Of a DNA stretch of 43,103 nucleotides, positions 26,150 through 34,886 are shown piece after piece. Origin of the DNA: a virus. Its lineage: Duplodnaviria; Caudoviricetes. Position 1 is the first letter of the stretch, and the number at the start of each line of letters is the position of its first letter. The stretch spans positions 1 through 43,103 of IMG/VR virus record IMGVR_UViG_3300032257_000031. One strand, written 5' to 3'. Position numbers and translations under genes: made by a program. Below the pieces are notes generated by a model. It saw only the letters and a list, made by a program, of their open reading frames with translations, did not search any database and was not told where the DNA came from.

Positions 26150-26461
26150 ATGATTGATTCCAGTAAGCTGCTTAGTAGCATGCAAGAAACTAATTCCATC
26201 CTTAAAGATGCTTTGCGCCCCACAAACACGCAAGAATGTTTATATTACGGGTACAAGCTATCCAATATTGATTGTGACGATATTGAGACGACTTTTCGGG
26301 ATATATGTATTGGTGCAGAAAGAGACGACGAAAGGGCTATTAAAGAGCGGGTTAAAATATTCCTTCCTGATTCAGGAGATGAAATAGACTTAGAAGATGT
26401 GTTGCGATTTTCCGCTAAGCATTGTCGAGGCATTTACGACAGAGTTGGGAGCGAGATATGA
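26150..26461 (+). CDS. Hypothetical protein
   Basis: GAGGT RBS; ATGA overlap with the next gene. Confidence 0.6.
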   Translation: MIDSSKLLSSMQETNSILKDALRPTNTQECLYYGYKLSNIDCDDIETTFRDICIGAERDDERAIKERVKIFLPDSGDEIDLEDVLRFSAKHCRGIYDRVGSEI

Positions 26462-26922
26462 AAAGACGTAATTTCCTAAAAGCACTTGGTTGCGCCCCAT
26501 TACTATATGCTGCTCCAGCTATTGCGATACCCGAAAAAAAATCGATCGTTCCGAAAACGGTGAGCGAGTTGAACGAAATGATTTTGGCTTACCTGCCTAA
26601 CGATCCAGTAATTAATTATGGCGACGCGATAGCTATATCAAGTATTGGCATAATCCCGCCATCTGCATATAAAGATATGTCGAAATCTAAGCATCACAGT
26701 TATCGCCATGAGTATGTTGTCGCTCAGTACCGCAAAAACATAGATTACGAAGAAGATGACGAAGTAGAAAGCCTCGTCATGCTTGCTTGGCTAGATTTTC
26801 AGAAAAAGGCGAAGGGGGCTAAAAAGATGTATGTGCGGAGAAACATGGAACTAAGCCATGTAACCGATCGGGGTAATATGACGGATTGGCGTATTGCTGG
26901 CCGGTATTCATTTTACCGATGA
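26458..26922 (+). CDS. Tat-signal protein with capsid P-domain-like segments
   Basis: MKRRNFLK...AIA signal; YRH......Y.......EDD..E and KMYVRRNMEL...D...RYSF match the MCP. Confidence 0.75.
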   Translation: MKRRNFLKALGCAPLLYAAPAIAIPEKKSIVPKTVSELNEMILAYLPNDPVINYGDAIAISSIGIIPPSAYKDMSKSKHHSYRHEYVVAQYRKNIDYEEDDEVESLVMLAWLDFQKKAKGAKKMYVRRNMELSHVTDRGNMTDWRIAGRYSFYR

Positions 26923-27134
26923 AAGACCTTAACGAATTCAACCTGCGCCGAGCCGTTCAGCTTTTAGACGAGAGGTCTGGAGGCAAGGACGGCGTTGTGT
27001 TGCATATTAACGTTTCCTTATTTTCCGAAGCGCAAGAGTTTATTGCGAAAGGACTTGTTTCTCGATTGGTCACAATGGGAAATGATGGCTGGTCTTTATC
27101 CCGTAACGGGGTTGGCGTGAATGGTAACACCTGA
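26919..27134 (+). CDS. Small protein resembling the capsid A-domain
   Basis: DLNE...G.KD, L......F..A and DGWSL registers match MCP residues 165-250; ATGA overlap. Confidence 0.55.
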   Translation: MKDLNEFNLRRAVQLLDERSGGKDGVVLHINVSLFSEAQEFIAKGLVSRLVTMGNDGWSLSRNGVGVNGNT

Positions 27135-28554
27135 TGCGGTATTTGGTTTCGTTAATACGATTCTCGCCTCTGGGTTAGACGGATACAAGAAAACCCCTGA
27201 CTGCCATCGTGAGTGGTGGGAATTATGCTGCTCCGACGATGAAAAGGTTGCGATAGCCGCCCCCCGAAATCACGCAAAGACTTCCGCGATAACCATTGCC
27301 TATTTGTTAATGGAGCTGCTTTACCGACAGCAGAAATACGCAATCATTATTTCGGATACCGAAGATCAAGCGATTGAGTTTTTAGACGGCGTTAAATTCC
27401 ACCTAAAAGACAACGAAGAACTGATACAAGCCTTTGGGGTTTCTAAGCTCACTAAAGACGGGCAAACAGATACCATTGTTCAAATGTCAGATGGGCATGA
27501 GTTCAGAATCCTTGCGAAAGGCGCAGAGCAGAAGATTCGTGGCCGTAACTGGCGCGGCGGGCGGCCTGGTTTAATCATCTGTGATGACATGGAAAATGAC
27601 GAGTCGGTAATGAATTCTGAGCGGCGCGCTAAGTTCCGTAGATGGTTCTTCTCAGCAGTTAGACAATCACTACGCGATGGTGGTAAGATACGCGTCGTAG
27701 GGACAATTTTGCATGATGATAGCCTACTGTCCCGATTAATGAAGAACAAAACGTGGACTTCACGCCTTTATTCCGCCCACAAATCCTTTAATGACTTTTC
27801 CGATATTCTATGGCTTGAAAAATGGCCTAAAGAAAGGCTAATGGAGAAAAGGCAGGAATATATTGAAGAAAATGACCCAGAAGGCTATTCACAAGAATAT
27901 TTAAACGATCCGGTTGTATCGCAAAACGCCTATTTCCGCAAAGACGACTTTGTTGAAATGGCAAAAGAAGAACATAACTTGCGAATGACCTATTACTCGG
28001 CGGCTGATTTCGCCATATCCCAAGCTAAAAGAGCGGACAACACCGCCATTATCACGGTAGGCATCTGTCCAGAAGGGTTGATGTACGTCGTTGATCTAAG
28101 AATGGGTCAGTGGGATTCGCTTGAGATCGAAGCCGAGCTATTTGCCGTACAAAGAAAGTACAACCCTGAAATCTTTACCTTTGAGACTGAGAAGATTGAT
28201 AAGGCGATCGGGCCTTATTTAAGGCAGTCTATGATAAGAGAGAACGTTTATCTCAATATCGATAAAATCGTACCATCGAAAGATTTAACGGTGCGTTGCC
28301 GAGGCATTCAGGCGCGACATAAAGCCGGAACAATCAAATACGACATGGACAAAGACTGGTTTGCTATTCTGCAAGAACAGATGATGCGCTTTCCAAAATC
28401 AACAAAAGACGACGCTGTAGCCGCTTTTGCGCTTATCGGCATGACTCTCGATAAACAAATCGAGCCTTCCAACGACGAGGAGTATGAAGACGAAATGTAC
28501 GAAGAAGAATTCGGGCAATCATACTTCGGTCAAGATGCGGTGACAGGATATTGA
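27121..28554 (+). CDS. terL: Terminase large subunit
   Basis: APRNHAKT Walker A, LIICDD Walker B, VVGT, YSQEYLNDP, AADFA and KDDAV nuclease motifs. Confidence 0.95.
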   Translation: MVTPDAVFGFVNTILASGLDGYKKTPDCHREWWELCCSDDEKVAIAAPRNHAKTSAITIAYLLMELLYRQQKYAIIISDTEDQAIEFLDGVKFHLKDNEELIQAFGVSKLTKDGQTDTIVQMSDGHEFRILAKGAEQKIRGRNWRGGRPGLIICDDMENDESVMNSERRAKFRRWFFSAVRQSLRDGGKIRVVGTILHDDSLLSRLMKNKTWTSRLYSAHKSFNDFSDILWLEKWPKERLMEKRQEYIEENDPEGYSQEYLNDPVVSQNAYFRKDDFVEMAKEEHNLRMTYYSAADFAISQAKRADNTAIITVGICPEGLMYVVDLRMGQWDSLEIEAELFAVQRKYNPEIFTFETEKIDKAIGPYLRQSMIRENVYLNIDKIVPSKDLTVRCRGIQARHKAGTIKYDMDKDWFAILQEQMMRFPKSTKDDAVAAFALIGMTLDKQIEPSNDEEYEDEMYEEEFGQSYFGQDAVTGY

Positions 28555-30605
28555 AAACAGAAGATATTATTGCCTACGCTGAGAGCGGGGAGAACATAGC
28601 CGAGCACCTAAGCAACGAAATGCTGGATGACATTGGCTCAACGGTCGTTAAAGAGTGCGTATTAGACGAAACTGCGCGTAAACCGTGGGAAGAACGGAAC
28701 AAGGGCGCTTTTGATCTTGCCTTGCAGGTAATGGAGCAAAAATCTTACCCGTGGGAAAAAGCATCCAACATAAAATTTCCGCTTTTAACCATCGCGGCTT
28801 TGCAGTTCCATTCCCGTGCCTATCCTGCCCTTATCACCTCTGGCGACTTGGTTAAGTGTAAGTCTCACGGAAAAGATCCTAATGGCTCGAAAAGAGACAG
28901 GGCGATTCGTGTTGGCAAACATCTTTCTTATCAGTTTATGGAACAGGATGAGGACTGGGAAGAAGAAATGGACAGGCTGCTTATTTCCCTGCCCATTATT
29001 GGGTCTGCCTTTAAAAAGACATATTTCGATTCCGATAAAGGTCATAATGTGTCGTGCAACGTCCTTGCTAACGATTTAATTGTCCCTTATTACACAAAAT
29101 CACTTAAAACCACGCCTCGTATCACGCAAAGGCTGACCTACACCCCCAACGAGGTGAATGAGAAGCAAGCAGAGGGCGTGTGGCTAGACATTGATATGGG
29201 TATTGCTGCCGTTACTCCTAATCCTCTTGATGTTGCCAAGCAAGAAGCTCAGGGCGTTACACAGCAAACCGATGATGACCAGCCTTTTGAGGTTTTAGAG
29301 CAGCACAGATGGCTAGATTTAGACGATGACGGCATAAAAGAGCCTTACATTGTCACCGTAAACCGATCTAACATGAAAGTGGTTCGATTGGTGGCTCGCT
29401 TTGACCCTGAAAACCTCAAAGTAAAAGGCCGTGTTATTTACAAGTTTGAACCCGATCATTACTTCACTAAGTATTGCTTTATTCCTTCGCCGGATGGCGG
29501 GTTTTATGATTTAGGATTTGGCGTTTTATTAGGCCCGATAAACCGCTCTATCAACACCATAATGAATTTATTAATCGATGGCGGTCATCTTCATACCTTG
29601 CAAGCCGGTTTCTTGGGTCGAGGCGCGAGAATGAAATCAGGGCAAGCGCCGTTTAGACCAGGAGAATGGCGAAAAACCGCTGCATCTGGTGATGATTTGC
29701 GTAAAAATATTATCCCACTGCCGACAAAAGAGCCTTCTACCGTTCTTTTCTCTTTATTGGGTATGCTGATAAATTACGGCGAAAGGCTCGGGTCTTCCAC
29801 CGATATGATGGTTGGAGAGAACCCAGGTCAGAACCAGAAAGCCCAAACCTCTCAGCTAGTGGTTGAGCAGGGCATGAAGATGTTTAACGGCGTCTTTAAA
29901 CGCGTTTATCGCTCAATGAGAGAAGAATTCCGCAAGGCGTACTATTTGAACCGGCTTTATTTGGATAACGAAGAATATTTCGAGTATTTAGATAGCGAAG
30001 ACAACAAGATTTATGCAGATGATTATGCAGGGGACGCGAAAGACATATCGCCTGCGGCAGATCCAAACGTGTCGTCTATGACGCAAAAATTACAGCAAGC
30101 ACAGTTATTGATTGAGAGATCACAGGCTTATCCGGGTTACAAGAGGCATGAGGTAGAGAAGTTCTTGCTTTCCGCTGTCCAAGTGCCAGATCCAGATACC
30201 TTCTTGATGCAAGAGGAAGAAATCCCGCCCCAAGAAGATCCTAAGATGAAGGTTGAGCAAGCTAAGTTACAACTCAAAGCGACTACCGACCAAGCCAATG
30301 TCAAACTTAAAGAGTCTGAATTTGGACTCAAGAAGATGAAACAGATGGTTGAGTTAAACAAGATGGAAGCCGAGACTATGAAGCTTCTAGCAGAGGCAGA
30401 GTCTATTGAAGCTGGCGATCAAATCAAAGAATATCAGCTTCAACTCGATGAGATGAGAGCTAAGAGAGAAGGTTTACGAGATTTAATCAGTGCAACAGAG
30501 GAAATGAGAAATGGAGAAGGAAACGTTCGGACTATGGAAGAACGACCCGACGACGCAGGCAGTATGGAGAGCGATTCAGCTCAAACACAAACACCTGCAA
30601 CGTGA
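28551..30605 (+). CDS. Portal protein (P22-like, with C-terminal barrel coiled coil)
   Basis: PW..ASN...PLL..A.LQF..RAY, G.AFKK.YFD, DGIKEPYIVT, GFYDLG; follows TerL. Confidence 0.9.
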   Translation: MKTEDIIAYAESGENIAEHLSNEMLDDIGSTVVKECVLDETARKPWEERNKGAFDLALQVMEQKSYPWEKASNIKFPLLTIAALQFHSRAYPALITSGDLVKCKSHGKDPNGSKRDRAIRVGKHLSYQFMEQDEDWEEEMDRLLISLPIIGSAFKKTYFDSDKGHNVSCNVLANDLIVPYYTKSLKTTPRITQRLTYTPNEVNEKQAEGVWLDIDMGIAAVTPNPLDVAKQEAQGVTQQTDDDQPFEVLEQHRWLDLDDDGIKEPYIVTVNRSNMKVVRLVARFDPENLKVKGRVIYKFEPDHYFTKYCFIPSPDGGFYDLGFGVLLGPINRSINTIMNLLIDGGHLHTLQAGFLGRGARMKSGQAPFRPGEWRKTAASGDDLRKNIIPLPTKEPSTVLFSLLGMLINYGERLGSSTDMMVGENPGQNQKAQTSQLVVEQGMKMFNGVFKRVYRSMREEFRKAYYLNRLYLDNEEYFEYLDSEDNKIYADDYAGDAKDISPAADPNVSSMTQKLQQAQLLIERSQAYPGYKRHEVEKFLLSAVQVPDPDTFLMQEEEIPPQEDPKMKVEQAKLQLKATTDQANVKLKESEFGLKKMKQMVELNKMEAETMKLLAEAESIEAGDQIKEYQLQLDEMRAKREGLRDLISATEEMRNGEGNVRTMEERPDDAGSMESDSAQTQTPAT

Positions 30606-30753
30606 TTGGGAGCTGGGCACACTTGATGCCAGTGATGAGTGGGTAAGGGGTCATTTGGGCGCTTTATCCGATATTCTTGAAGTGACGGTTGAAGGCCTTG
30701 AATATGAAAGTGAGATCGAAAAAGAGATAAAGGAAGCCGCTCATGGAGAATGA
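30511..30753 (+). CDS. Hypothetical head-module protein
   Basis: F..WK.DP.TQ motif typical of the post-portal gene. Confidence 0.6.
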   Translation: MEKETFGLWKNDPTTQAVWRAIQLKHKHLQRDWELGTLDASDEWVRGHLGALSDILEVTVEGLEYESEIEKEIKEAAHGE

Positions 30754-31054
30754 ATCCGGTTATGATCCGTTAGATTTACGCGTCTTGATTCGCCTTGACG
30801 AAGTAGATGATACATTTGAAAACTCCAAGATTATTAAGCTCGAAAAGACCGTTAATGAAGGGAATATGCAGCAAGTCACAGGCACTATCATTGCTTGCGG
30901 TGAAAATGCGTTTTGCGAGTTAAATAATAAGCCGAAAGCTGGCGACAGAGTGGTTATCGGTAAATATGTTGGTTGGCTAACAACCGGCGACGACGAGAAA
31001 GAATACAGAATCATCAATGATGAAGACGTAATTGCATTTAGGAGAGAGAAATGA
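30743..31054 (+). CDS. groES: GroES-like co-chaperonin
   Basis: PLDLRVLI...GTIIACG...K.GDRV..GKY.G...EYRIINDEDVIA. Confidence 0.85.
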   Translation: MENESGYDPLDLRVLIRLDEVDDTFENSKIIKLEKTVNEGNMQQVTGTIIACGENAFCELNNKPKAGDRVVIGKYVGWLTTGDDEKEYRIINDEDVIAFRREK

Positions 31055-31830
31055 GTGAAGAAGCAGAGAAAATAGTTGAAGACGAACCAAGCCAAGCCGA
31101 GCATGACGCAGCCCTTTTGGGGTGGTCTGAGAAAGAAAACTGGCGTGGTGATGATGGTGACTGGGTAGATGCGGAAGCTTTCCTTGAAAGAGGCAAGCAG
31201 ATCAATCCAATCTTGAGAAAGAACAACGAAAAGCTAACCGGCAAACTCAATGCGCTAGAAAAACGCCTTGAAGAACAAAGAGAGACGTTTAAACAGTTCA
31301 CAGAGCATGAGCGAAACAAGCATAACCGTGAAATACAAAATCGCGTTGACTCGCTTGTGCAAGAAAAGATCGAGGCCATTAGCGAAGGTGACGGGCAGCG
31401 AGTGGTTGAGATTGAGAAGAAGATCACAGAAGAATCAAGGACTTACCAGAATCCTCCGACTCAAGTTCCAGATACGCCTAGCCCCGATTTTGAGACGTGG
31501 CGATCTAAGAACGAATGGGTGAACGATAAGGAGAATGGCGCGATTGCTACGGCGATTGGCTATACGCTCGCAGAAGAACAGCCTAATTTACAAGGCGAAG
31601 CATTTTACAACGAAGTGAAAAGGCGCGTTTTTGAGAAGATACCGTCTTTAAATACGAACCCGAGAAAAGAAAGACCGTCATCTGTTGATGGTGCGAAACC
31701 GGCAGGTCAAAAAAGTGGCAAGAGCTTTTCTGACCTCCCAGCCGATGCACAAGCAACAGCGAAGCGATTTGAGGCAGAAGGGCTAATGAAGATAGATGAA
31801 TACCTTAAAGAATACGAATGGGAGCAATAA
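31051..31830 (+). CDS. Capsid scaffolding protein
   Basis: GW...E.W.GD...WVDAE.FL, coiled coil, LPADA...A.RF...Y.KEY terminus. Confidence 0.75.
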   Translation: MSEEAEKIVEDEPSQAEHDAALLGWSEKENWRGDDGDWVDAEAFLERGKQINPILRKNNEKLTGKLNALEKRLEEQRETFKQFTEHERNKHNREIQNRVDSLVQEKIEAISEGDGQRVVEIEKKITEESRTYQNPPTQVPDTPSPDFETWRSKNEWVNDKENGAIATAIGYTLAEEQPNLQGEAFYNEVKRRVFEKIPSLNTNPRKERPSSVDGAKPAGQKSGKSFSDLPADAQATAKRFEAEGLMKIDEYLKEYEWEQ

Positions 31831-31831
31831 A

Positions 31832-32356
31832 ATGAGCAAAAAACGAGCAAAGAAAACATCGAAAAAAGTAGCGTCAAAGGCAGCAGCTAAACCAGCAACC
31901 CTTTCATTGGATGCAGATGAGCCGCAAGAGGCGGTGGCTGTAACAAGGACAAAACGACGAGAAAGAGTCCCTTTTGGCACACACAAAGCTAAGTTAAGTT
32001 TTAAGAATAAAGATCCGAATTATCATTATCATGTCGTCACAGATAAAGGCGGCAGATTGAGCGATGCTCAAGAAGGTGGTTATGAATTCGTGGTCGATGA
32101 ACAGGCGTTAGGAGCGAATGAGGTGGGTCGAGGCGCGTCCTTAGACTCTCGCGTTGTTGCTAACACCGGCACAAACGAAGATGGCTCACCTGAGCGCGGG
32201 TATTTAATGCGGATACCAATTGATCTTTATGAAGAAGACCAAAAGGCCAAGCAGCATAATGTCAACACAAAAGAGCGTGCCATCACACATGCACATGAGG
32301 AGATCAAAGAAGGCTACGATGCCGGAACGTCAATAAAGACCTCCGACAACTTCTGA
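31832..32356 (+). CDS. Head-module hypothetical protein
   Basis: Y.Y..V.D..GR...A..GGYEFV...YLMRIP..LYEEDQ..K. Confidence 0.65.
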   Translation: MSKKRAKKTSKKVASKAAAKPATLSLDADEPQEAVAVTRTKRRERVPFGTHKAKLSFKNKDPNYHYHVVTDKGGRLSDAQEGGYEFVVDEQALGANEVGRGASLDSRVVANTGTNEDGSPERGYLMRIPIDLYEEDQKAKQHNVNTKERAITHAHEEIKEGYDAGTSIKTSDNF

Positions 32357-32387
32357 CAATCTCCTTTCAATTTAGGAGATCTAAAAA

Positions 32388-32990
32388 ATGGCTAATACTG
32401 ATAGCCCACATGGACTCGTCCCTATTCGGCACAAAAATGGTGCTCCGTATAATGGGGCGGTCAATGCGTACTACATCAACTCATCTTATGCGACAGCATT
32501 GGGTATAGGCGATCCGGTACTCATCAACGGCACTTCAAACACAACTGGTATTAACGGCTATCCAGCCGGAGCATTACCAGAAATCGAAAAATCAGCGGCA
32601 GCGGCAGGCGGTTACATCTCTGGCGTCATTGTTGGCTTTGATGTGAATGAAGACAACCTTTCGCAGCAGTACAACCCAGCATCAACAGAGCGCGTTGCTT
32701 TTGTGTGTGACGATCCAGATGTTGTTTTCCGCATTCAGGAAGACGGCGACACCACACCTCTTGCAGCAACCAGTGTTGGCTTAAATGCTGATCTAATCTT
32801 CACCAACGCAGTCGATACCGCTACTGGTATTTCTGGCGTGGAATTAGATTCTGATACCGCAGCAACAACCGCTACGCTCAAGATGAAAATCTTACGCATG
32901 GCTTCTATGAACAACAACGAAATCGGTGCTTACGCAGAGTGGGAAGTTATGATTAACCTCCACACCCAACGTAACGCAACCGGCTACTAA
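32388..32990 (+). CDS. Capsid decoration / cement-like protein
   Basis: MAN.D.P.GL.P...GDPV...V.DDPDV.F.IQ; directly upstream of the MCP. Confidence 0.65.
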   Translation: MANTDSPHGLVPIRHKNGAPYNGAVNAYYINSSYATALGIGDPVLINGTSNTTGINGYPAGALPEIEKSAAAAGGYISGVIVGFDVNEDNLSQQYNPASTERVAFVCDDPDVVFRIQEDGDTTPLAATSVGLNADLIFTNAVDTATGISGVELDSDTAATTATLKMKILRMASMNNNEIGAYAEWEVMINLHTQRNATGY

Positions 32991-33000
32991 GGAGTAATTT

Positions 33001-33030
33001 ATGGCAGTTATAACATCGGGAAATCACCCT
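33001..33030 (+). CDS. Major capsid protein, exon 1 (MAVITSGNHP)
   Basis: AAGGAG RBS; joins in frame to KALWPGV at 33919. Confidence 0.88.
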
Positions 33031-33918
33031 TCTTGCTGAGGGGCCTTAACAAGTAATTGTTGAGTAAACAGGCATTTAACTGCTGGGAACTCTCGTAGGC
33101 CTATGGTAGGATAATACATGGCGACATGTATCGACCCCTTATAATCCATAGGATAGAGACAATCAGCATCCAATCTTAAAATGTATTACGTATATAGACT
33201 TCTTAATAAAGCCAATCAGAAATCATACATTGGTATAACCTCCAGAACCGTAAAAGAACGGTGGCTTGAACATGTTTCAAGAATCAAGTCCGGTAGGAAC
33301 AGTAGGATATATGCAGCTTTAAGAAAGTATGGACAGGATGGCTTTGAAGTCATCACTCTTGAGGAAACTAGCTCAGAAGATGAAGTGAGAAAACTAGAGG
33401 AAGATTACATTAAACTCTATGACTCATATAGTAATGGCTACAACTGCAATTATGGCGGGTGTGGCACATTATGTTTTTCTGACGAAATCCGGAAAAAGAT
33501 TAGCAAAGCCCAGATCGGCAAAGTCATATCTTTAGAAACAAGAAAGAAAATGTCCGAAGCGAAACTTGGAGACACCAGATGCGCTAAGCATTTCGGAGAA
33601 CATACCTCTAAGGGCGGCAAAAATCCCAGATCAAAATATTTTTTAATCGGATTGCCAGATGGCACCGAAAAAGCCATACAAGGGATTAGAGAATTTTGCA
33701 GAGATAATAATTTGCAATATGCCAAACTTAGCTCGAAAGGTAAGACCAAGGGATTTAGCATTTTAAGAAGGTTCATCGACTATCCAGAAATGGAGTACAC
33801 TCAAGTGAGTGGAAATGGTGCCTACCCCTCAGGGGTAAAGATATAGTCAGCTCTGCATGGAGACATGCAGCAGTCGAAAGACGGGCAAGGGGTTAACGAA
33901 CCTTGTTGAACATAAAGG
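33031..33918 (+). mobile_element. Group I intron (IA2-like), 888 nt
   Basis: P1 CCCU|UC paired to GAGGGG with U-G at the splice site; P AACUGCUGGGAA 33078; Q AAUCAGCA 33161; P7 GACUAU 33778 / AUAGUC 33843; P3 GGCAUU/GGUGCC; P7.1, P7.2, P8 and P9 hairpins; terminal G 33918. Confidence 0.93.
33181..33846 (+). CDS. Intron-encoded GIY-YIG homing endonuclease with NUMOD3-like repeats
   Basis: YVYRL.N..N.KSYIGIT...RW.EH, E..YI..YDS..NGYN, SDEIRKKISKA / SLETRKKMSEA. Confidence 0.92.
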   Translation: MYYVYRLLNKANQKSYIGITSRTVKERWLEHVSRIKSGRNSRIYAALRKYGQDGFEVITLEETSSEDEVRKLEEDYIKLYDSYSNGYNCNYGGCGTLCFSDEIRKKISKAQIGKVISLETRKKMSEAKLGDTRCAKHFGEHTSKGGKNPRSKYFLIGLPDGTEKAIQGIREFCRDNNLQYAKLSSKGKTKGFSILRRFIDYPEMEYTQVSGNGAYPSGVKI

Positions 33919-34800
33919 AAAGCACTCTGGCCGGGCGTAAAAGCATGGTGGGGTCATGAATACGATGAGTGGAATGAAGAATATAAAGACTTATTCGACA
34001 TGGACACTTCAACCCAAAACTACGAAGAAGATGTACAGCTAACCGGCTTCCAAGCTGCTCCTATTAAGGGCGAAGGCGCTGGCGTTGCATACGATTCTGA
34101 AACACAAGGCTTTGTAACTCGTTACAAGCATGTTGTTTACGGTTTGGGCTACATTGTTACGCGCGAAGAAATGGAAGACGGCTTGTACGAAAAAGTCTCT
34201 AAAGGCCGTGTTACTGCATTAGCAGCCGCTATGCGTAATACAAAAGAAACTGTTGGCGCAAATATCTACAACCGCGCATTTAACACTTCTTACACCTTTG
34301 GCGACGGCAAGCGAATGATCTCTAACGATCATCCAAATGCTATCGGCGGCACGTTCTCTAACGTGGCAGATACGGCGTCCGATTTATCGGAAGCGTCTAT
34401 CGAGGACTTGAATATTCAGATCATGGGGGCTAAAGGCCCGAAAGATTTGCAAATCAACCTTATGCCACGCTGCTTAATCGTTCCGCGCCAAGAATTCTAT
34501 AATGCTAACCGCATTTTGAAATCTGTGCTGCAAAACGATACCGGCAATAACGCTATCAACGTACTGAAATCAACTAATGCACTCCCAGATGGCATTAAGG
34601 TGAACCATTACCTTACTGACTCTGACGCATTCTTTATTCGTACCAGCGTTAAGAACGGCTTAAAGTGCTACCAACGACGCGCTATTGAGTTTACTAAAGA
34701 CAACGATTTCAGCACTGAAAACGCCCTTGCGAAAGCAACTGAGCGGTATTCTTTCGGTGTAACAGATGTTCGTGCTGTCTACGGAAACCCAGGCGTATAA
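33919..34800 (+). CDS. Major capsid protein, exon 2 (HK97 fold; spliced product 303 aa)
   Basis: KALWPG, A.IK.EG, YKH..Y.LGY.VTRE..ED.LY, ALA..M..TKE, GDG, DLSE, YLTD.DA.F, ERYSFG. Confidence 0.92.
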   Translation, partial: KALWPGVKAWWGHEYDEWNEEYKDLFDMDTSTQNYEEDVQLTGFQAAPIKGEGAGVAYDSETQGFVTRYKHVVYGLGYIVTREEMEDGLYEKVSKGRVTALAAAMRNTKETVGANIYNRAFNTSYTFGDGKRMISNDHPNAIGGTFSNVADTASDLSEASIEDLNIQIMGAKGPKDLQINLMPRCLIVPRQEFYNANRILKSVLQNDTGNNAINVLKSTNALPDGIKVNHYLTDSDAFFIRTSVKNGLKCYQRRAIEFTKDNDFSTENALAKATERYSFGVTDVRAVYGNPGV

Positions 34801-34807
34801 CTAGACT

Positions 34808-34831
34808 GGGAGGGGCAACCCTCCCTTTTTT
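34808..34831 (+). terminator. Rho-independent terminator after the MCP gene
   Basis: GGGAGGG-gcaa-CCCTCCC-TTTTTT. Confidence 0.85.
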
Positions 34832-34886
34832 AATATAGATCTCCAAATGGAGAGTTGACTTCCGGTCACGGAAAGGAATAAATAAT

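Noticed and set aside
34000-34800. 266-aa MCP starting at ATG 34000
   Set aside because: The conserved N-terminus KALWPG lies upstream in frame and exon 1 has the RBS; the true gene is spliced.
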